A stretch of DNA of 20,000 bases from an uncultured Ignavibacteriales bacterium (GTDB lineage Bacteria > Zixibacteria > MSB-5A5 > GN15 > FEB-12): assembly GCA_964464605.1 (NCBI GenBank), contig CAYXJN010000004.1, forward strand, positions 304,997 to 324,996. Reading direction: 5' to 3'. A program made the translations under genes and the position numbers. Under the pieces are notes generated by a model that searched no databases, had not been told where the DNA came from, and worked only from the letters and a program-made list of their open reading frames with translations. Of the stretch, positions 16,800-20,000 are shown piece after piece (the first letter of the stretch is position 1; each line of letters opens with the position of its first letter).

Positions 16800-17803
16800 G
16801 CGAACAGATTGCGATCATCGGCGCTGGTTCCTGGGGAATGGCTATTGCGCGTTTACTTGCCAACAATGGCTATAACGTAACGATCTGGGAAAAACTTCCG
16901 GAACAATATCGCACCATCAAACAACATCGCGGCAACCCGACGAAACTTCCCGGGTTCACGCTACCGACTGATATCACGATCACCGATGATGTTGCTCAGG
17001 CAGTTTCATCCAGCGCGCTTTTAGTTTTTGCCGTTCCCGCTCAGTTTTTGCGTGAGGTATTGAAAGATGTTAAAAATTATTATCCGCCCGATGCCGGTAT
17101 TGTCAACCTCGCTAAAGGGGTAGAGGTCGGAACGCTGTTGCGAATGTCTCAGGTAATTCAGGAAGTGCTCGTTCCATATCATGGACGGATCGTTACCCTG
17201 TCCGGGCCTTCGCATGCCGAGGAGGTGGCGGTTGATATGCCGACTGCCGTTGTGGCGGCGGGACCGACATTGGATTTTGTTTCCGAAGTACAGCAGATAT
17301 TCAGTTCGGCAGCATTCAGAGTTTACCAAAGCAATGACTTAACAGGAGTTGAGCTGGGTGGGTCACTCAAAAACGTCATCGCATTGGCTGCCGGTATTAC
17401 CGATGGCTTAGGTATGGGGGACAATACCAAAGGTGCGTTGATTACCCGTGGCCTGGCAGAAATGGTGCGCCTGGGAACGGCAATGGGCGCTAAGGCTGAA
17501 ACATTTGCCGGACTTTCCGGTCTGGGAGATTTGGTGGCAACCTGCACCTCCCGCCACAGCCGGAACAGATTTGTTGGCGAAAAGATTGGACGCGGCGAGA
17601 CCTTGCGCGATATATTGGCCCAGATGACCATGGTTGCCGAAGGAGTAGAGACAACACGTTCCGCATACGCCCTGGCGAGATCTGCGGGAGTGGAAATGCC
17701 GATTACTGAACAGGTGTATGCTGTGTTGTATGAAGAAAAATCTGCGAAGGCTGCGGTAGCGGAATTGATGGAACGAAGTTTGAAAGCGGAAGTGTGGGCC
17801 TGA
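16796..17803 (+). CDS. gpsA: NAD(P)H-dependent glycerol-3-phosphate dehydrogenase
   Basis: Motifs GAGSWG, AKG, SGPSHAEEV, GVELGGSLKNVIA, GLSGLGDL and SRN; 4-nt ATGA overlap with plsY. Confidence 0.96.
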   Translation: MSEQIAIIGAGSWGMAIARLLANNGYNVTIWEKLPEQYRTIKQHRGNPTKLPGFTLPTDITITDDVAQAVSSSALLVFAVPAQFLREVLKDVKNYYPPDAGIVNLAKGVEVGTLLRMSQVIQEVLVPYHGRIVTLSGPSHAEEVAVDMPTAVVAAGPTLDFVSEVQQIFSSAAFRVYQSNDLTGVELGGSLKNVIALAAGITDGLGMGDNTKGALITRGLAEMVRLGTAMGAKAETFAGLSGLGDLVATCTSRHSRNRFVGEKIGRGETLRDILAQMTMVAEGVETTRSAYALARSAGVEMPITEQVYAVLYEEKSAKAAVAELMERSLKAEVWA

Positions 17804-17817
17804 GGAGGAATACCACG

Positions 17818-18183
17818 ATGAGCCTGAAAACAGATGCAATCGACAAGCTGTATTATTCGATAAGCGAAGCGGCGCGAATAACCGGACTCGAGCCGTATGT
17901 GCTTCGGTATTGGGAAAAAGAATTCCCGACCTTGCGTCCGCGTAAAACCGGCGGCGGAAACCGGATGTACACGCAAAAAGATATCGAGCTTATCAATCAT
18001 ATTAAACATCTCCGTTCTCAGGAAAAACTGACTATCGCCGGCGCCCGAAACAAATTGACCCTGCACCGACAAGGGGAACAGGAAAAAGGCTCAGCGGCTT
18101 CAACCGCAACAGCGGCAAAAGCAAAAACGCTTATCGGGCGTATCCGCGCCGAAGTTGAAGATCTCTTAAAACTTTTCCCTTGA
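17818..18183 (+). CDS. MerR-family HTH transcriptional regulator
   Basis: SD GAGGAGG before ATG 17818; KLYYSISEAARITGLEPYVLRYWEKEF..LRPRKTGGGNRMY...LTIAGAR. Confidence 0.9.
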   Translation: MSLKTDAIDKLYYSISEAARITGLEPYVLRYWEKEFPTLRPRKTGGGNRMYTQKDIELINHIKHLRSQEKLTIAGARNKLTLHRQGEQEKGSAASTATAAKAKTLIGRIRAEVEDLLKLFP

Positions 18184-18207
18184 ACGATTGCCCAGGACTC
18201 GTACATT
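18180..18207 (+). promoter_or_regulatory. Sigma70 promoter for tRNA-Pro(GGG)
   Basis: TTGAAC-N16-TACATT overlapping the MerR stop codon. Confidence 0.5.
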
Positions 18208-18264
18208 GTCCAAACCCTTTTGTGTCAGGTAACGTAAATGAAGCCTGATTCATGCAGTTATGTT

Positions 18265-18342
18265 CGGAGCGTAGCGCAGTCTGGTTAGCGCACTCGCTTG
18301 GGGTGCGAGAGGTCGGCCGTTCGAATCGGCTCGCTCCGACCA
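18265..18342 (+). tRNA. tRNA-Pro(GGG), CCA encoded
   Basis: Acceptor CGGAGCG/CGCTCCG-ACCA, anticodon arm CTCGC-TTGGGGT-GCGAG and GTTCGAATC. Confidence 0.97.
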
Positions 18343-18364
18343 AATATCGTTTAGCTGATCTTTT

Positions 18365-19054
18365 GTGACGCAAGAACCAACCCAGCCCCAGATTTCATCC
18401 CTCGTTCTTATTCCTGCCTATAATGCCGCGGTTTATTTACCGGAACTCATTTGTCGCGTAAAACAGTTTGTCTGCGATAGCAATCTGTTGGTTGTGAATG
18501 ATGGCTCGACAGACGACACAAAAAAGATTTTGGCTGACCTGCAGGTAACGAATATTTCACTCCCCGAAAATTTCGGCAAGGGGGCAGCGCTGAAAGCCGG
18601 ATTTCGATACGCGATCGAGCATGAATACCGTTCGGTGCTTACGCTTGATGCCGACATGCAGCACTTACCTGAGGAAATCCCCAATTTCTTTGCACACGAC
18701 AACGGACAGCGGCTGCTTTTGGGGGCGCGAACAATTTCACTCAAAACTATGCCGCCGCACAGATGGTTAAGCAATACGCTGACATCTTTGTTCATTTCTC
18801 TATACGGACATCGCCGTGTACGCGATTCGCAGTGTGGGTTTCGCCTGATTCCGGTTTCATTGCTGAAGCGTGTACCATTGGAAGCAGAAGGGTATGATCT
18901 CGAATCGGAATTGCTCTTCAAAGTCATCAAGCTGCCGATTGAGATTCAGGAAATACCGGTGACCACAAAATACGGAAATGAGAAATCCTTCATTCGTCCC
19001 GTTCGTGATACCGGAAAATTTATTTATCATATGTGGAAATCAGTCTGGAGATAA
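18365..19054 (+). CDS. GT2 glycosyltransferase, DPM1-like (polyprenol-phosphate sugar synthase family)
   Basis: Motifs LIPAYN, VNDGSTD, NFGKGAA, LDADMQH, DSQCGFR and ESELL. Confidence 0.88.
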   Translation: MTQEPTQPQISSLVLIPAYNAAVYLPELICRVKQFVCDSNLLVVNDGSTDDTKKILADLQVTNISLPENFGKGAALKAGFRYAIEHEYRSVLTLDADMQHLPEEIPNFFAHDNGQRLLLGARTISLKTMPPHRWLSNTLTSLFISLYGHRRVRDSQCGFRLIPVSLLKRVPLEAEGYDLESELLFKVIKLPIEIQEIPVTTKYGNEKSFIRPVRDTGKFIYHMWKSVWR

Positions 19055-19070
19055 CGGGCTTATCTTCCGC

Positions 19071-19099
19071 TTGCCCCGTACGGAGGTGAGTGTTACTAT
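19071..19099 (+). promoter_or_regulatory. Sigma70 extended -10 promoter of surE (leaderless geometry)
   Basis: TTGCCC-N17-TACTAT with TGn extension; the ATG starts at the 7th nt after the -10 box. Confidence 0.55.
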
Positions 19100-19105
19100 C
19101 AAACC

Positions 19106-19873
19106 ATGGCAGCAAAACGAAAAAAACGGATTTTGATAACCAACGACGACGGTTATTACAGCGACGGAATCGCCGCGTTGTATGCCGAGTTGGGAAAACA
19201 GCATGATGTCGTTTTGGTTGCGCCGGACAGAGAGCAATCAGCCAGTTCACATTCATTGACGGTCAATCATCCGTTGCGCGTAAACAAACTGGATAGTCGG
19301 CGATACGCTATCGACGGTACGCCGACCGATTGCGTCATGCTTGCGATTCATCTGCTTTTTCCGAAAAAGTATCCTGATCTGATTATCTCCGGCATCAATC
19401 ATGGCGCAAATATGGGGGATGATGTTACTTATTCCGGAACTGTTGCTGCCGCAATCGAGGGGTCAATTTTAGGTGTTCGCTCGATCGCCGTTTCGATGGC
19501 CGGCTATGAGCCGGGAGCATCGATGAAGCAGGCAGCGGGTTTCGTTCGCCGGTTAGTCGGTGCGCTGGATGATTTTCAGTTACCCCGGTCGACGTTTTTG
19601 AACGTGAATATTCCCAACCTCGGTACAAAAGCATTGCGTTCGTATGAGTTTACTAATTTGGGGTTCAGGCAGTATAACGATGTCGTTATTCATAAGACTG
19701 ATCCGCGCGGTGTTCCGTACTATTGGATCGGGGGAAAACCGAAATGGAGCAGACGCCCAGGATCGGATTTTGATGCTGTTCGCCGCGGCGTGGTCTCTAT
19801 TACACCGCTGAAACTGCAGTTTACCGATTTGGAGATATTGGATAATCTCAAGCAATCAGTTCCCAAATTTTAG
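19106..19873 (+). CDS. surE: 5'/3'-nucleotidase SurE
   Basis: Motifs ILITNDDG, APDREQSASSHS, GTPTDCV, SGINHGANMG, YSGTVAAA and LNVNIP. Confidence 0.96.
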   Translation: MAAKRKKRILITNDDGYYSDGIAALYAELGKQHDVVLVAPDREQSASSHSLTVNHPLRVNKLDSRRYAIDGTPTDCVMLAIHLLFPKKYPDLIISGINHGANMGDDVTYSGTVAAAIEGSILGVRSIAVSMAGYEPGASMKQAAGFVRRLVGALDDFQLPRSTFLNVNIPNLGTKALRSYEFTNLGFRQYNDVVIHKTDPRGVPYYWIGGKPKWSRRPGSDFDAVRRGVVSITPLKLQFTDLEILDNLKQSVPKF

Positions 19874-19899
19874 GGCTATCTGTATGGCGTACAAATCAG

Positions 19900-19927
19900 T
19901 TGACTTCCCGTGTAAATCGGCTATCAT
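19900..19927 (+). promoter_or_regulatory. Sigma70 promoter for tRNA-Pro(CGG)
   Basis: TTGACT-N16-TATCAT ending 18 nt before the tRNA. Confidence 0.65.
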
Positions 19928-19945
19928 AGTCCCCCTGTTACGTTT

Positions 19946-20000
19946 CGGGGCGTAGCGCAGTTGGTAGCGCGCTTGGTTCGGGACTAAGAGGTCGCTGGTT
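19946..20000 (+). tRNA. tRNA-Pro(CGG), truncated by the window edge
   Basis: CGGGGCGTAGCGCAGTTGGTAGCGCG, anticodon arm CTTGG-TTCGGGA-CTAAG, then the start of the T-arm. Confidence 0.92.

Noticed and set aside
17323..18072. 249-aa antisense ORF, and similar ones at 1034-1618, 12063-12446, 13730-14122 and 18433-18930
   Set aside because: They lie antisense to well-conserved genes and have no recognisable motifs or RBS.
18265..20000. Two tRNA-Pro genes as attL/attR of an island
   Set aside because: They are different isoacceptors with distinct sequences and their own promoters, and the cargo (surE, GT2) looks like housekeeping genes.

Overview
Gene-dense bacterial chromosomal window with no mobile elements, CRISPR or rRNA. 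The gene content suggests an FCB-group organism such as Zixibacteria, but this is a low-confidence impression. From left to right: (1) a partial outer-membrane beta-barrel gene (-). (2) A ceramide-glucosyltransferase/HpnI-like gene with a GH1 beta-glucosidase (-). (3) A divergent exported-domain/YhfC-PrsW-like membrane protein with degenerate catalytic motifs. (4) A run of GlmU-like nucleotidyltransferase, GalT-like protein, glgA and a GT-C/TPR membrane protein. (5) tRNA-Gly and tRNA-Cys, followed by an unannotated ~340-bp intergenic region. (6) DUF1573 protein and cysteine synthase/CBS-like enzyme (-). (7) SPOR lipoprotein, yjbQ and two tandem DUF1579-like paralogs. (8) A hypothetical protein, plsY, gpsA, a MerR-like regulator, tRNA-Pro(GGG), a DPM1-like GT2, surE and a partial tRNA-Pro(CGG). 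The most unexplained structure is a candidate ~100-nt sRNA on the minus strand (~11082 to ~10985). It has a TTGACA-N16-TATATT promoter, an interrupted hairpin with a C/U-rich loop, a U-rich tail and an array of six TGACA/TGTCA sites. Other leads are a possible glycolipid glucosylation/deglucosylation pair, a possible glgC-independent glycogen route, a probable pseudo-protease receptor and leaderless transcripts. All calls come from motif reading by eye; no searches were run.
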